From Tortispora ganteri (lineage: Eukaryota), in the NCBI GenBank assembly GCA_003707115.1, contig PPNB01000024.1, positions 1-64,000 on the forward strand: DNA of 64,000 nucleotides, in the 5' to 3' direction. The notes beneath the pieces are model-generated. The model saw nothing but the letters and a program-made list of their open reading frames with translations. It was not told the DNA's origin and searched no databases. A program made the position numbers and the translations under genes. Shown here in pieces: positions 63,095 to 64,000 of the stretch (positions within the stretch are counted from its first letter, which is position 1; every line of letters begins with the position of its first letter).

Positions 63095-64000
63095 ATGCTG
63101 GCCCCGCTACTCTCGTTCGCGACACTCTTTGCCGCCAAAGCCTTTGCGGTTACTGCTGACAACTATGTAGTGCATAGTCTACCTAATCTTCCAGACGATG
63201 TTGAGCTGCCGGTGATGCACGCAGGTCTTCTTGAACTTGCCGGTGATGGCGATCCTCATATGTTCTTCTGGCGCGTCCAGAGCTCGAAGTCCACAAATAA
63301 GACAGTCATATGGCTAAACGGTGGTCCAGGATGCTCGTCTATGGATGGAATGTTTTTGGAAATTGGCCCGTTTCGTGCTGTCGATGGCGATTCCAGTGGC
63401 GGCGATTCTGACCCTGATCCGCGTCTCATCCCCAACCCAGGCGCTTGGAACGAATACGCTAACATCCTTTTCATAGACAGCCCTGTGGGGACGGGATTTT
63501 CGTATGCAGACCGTGACCGTTATGACCACGAGATATACGAGGTTGCAGACGATATTGTCTCTTTTCTCGACAGTTACTTCGCACTGTTTCCTGCTGATCG
63601 CGACAGTGACCTTTACGTAGCCGGCGAGTCCTTTGCCGGCACATATATTCCCTATATCGCTCGCGCAATGCTCGATCACGGCTTGAAAAATCTCAAGGGC
63701 CTCCTTATGGGAAACCCGTATACGGATCCCCCGCGTCACTTTTTTGCCTACGCAGAAATGGCATTCGAGAGTGGCCTCATACAGCAGAACTCCCCGCAGG
63801 CCAAGACCGTCAACGATGCTATCACCCGCTGCACGCAAGAACTCACAAAATACGGCGTTCACATAGTCGTCCCCGCATGTGAGTCCATCCTTGACACTGT
63901 TCTCTCGCTCTCGAAACCCTCCAAGAGCACATGCGTCAATATGTATGACATACGCCTCCAAGACTCCTACCCGGCTTGTGGCATCCACTGGCCACCTGCG
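63095..64000 (+). CDS. KEX1: Serine carboxypeptidase S10, Kex1 type (3' end outside the window; absent from the ORF track)
   Basis: Signal peptide [60 protein letters not shown]. Confidence 0.85.
   Translation, partial: MLAPLLSFATLFAAKAFAVTADNYVVHSLPNLPDDVELPVMHAGLLELAGDGDPHMFFWRVQSSKSTNKTVIWLNGGPGCSSMDGMFLEIGPFRAVDGDSSGGDSDPDPRLIPNPGAWNEYANILFIDSPVGTGFSYADRDRYDHEIYEVADDIVSFLDSYFALFPADRDSDLYVAGESFAGTYIPYIARAMLDHGLKNLKGLLMGNPYTDPPRHFFAYAEMAFESGLIQQNSPQAKTVNDAITRCTQELTKYGVHIVVPACESILDTVLSLSKPSKSTCVNMYDIRLQDSYPACGIHWPPA

Noticed and set aside
63314..63988. 224-aa minus-strand ORF and other antisense or overlapping ORFs in the track
   Set aside because: Shadow frames of real genes (here KEX1 on the plus strand)

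Overview
Eukaryotic (fungal) DNA from a compact, intron-poor yeast. Gene content suggests an early-branching Saccharomycotina (inference), and CTG appears to encode Leu (e.g. the ankyrin TPL motif of the Mbp1 homologue). Positions 1-3136 are a non-genic composite repeat: two ~0.59-kb direct copies 2540 bp apart, enclosing a 325-bp segment with Helitron-like ends and a 47/67-bp CCAAT/TAACCT minisatellite. The rest is a dense run of about 33 mostly housekeeping genes (DGA1, GCV1, VTC5, MPP10, PCT1, MBP1, STD1, PCS60, ALG14, MRPL40, RPS23, GET1, NOP15, CCE1, GLR1, SOK1, AUR1, ASH1, TRAPPC13-like, YIA6, TRZ1, GTR2, CinA-like, KIN28, KIP2, AXL2, partial KEX1). Reading splice signals reveals features the ORF track misses: two ~60-aa spliced microprotein candidates, an intron-rich cryptic locus at 35.4-35.9 kb, and intron-like signals plus a nested hairpin in the 4.5-kb SOK1-AUR1 gap. 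All family assignments are by-eye motif recognition; no searches were run.
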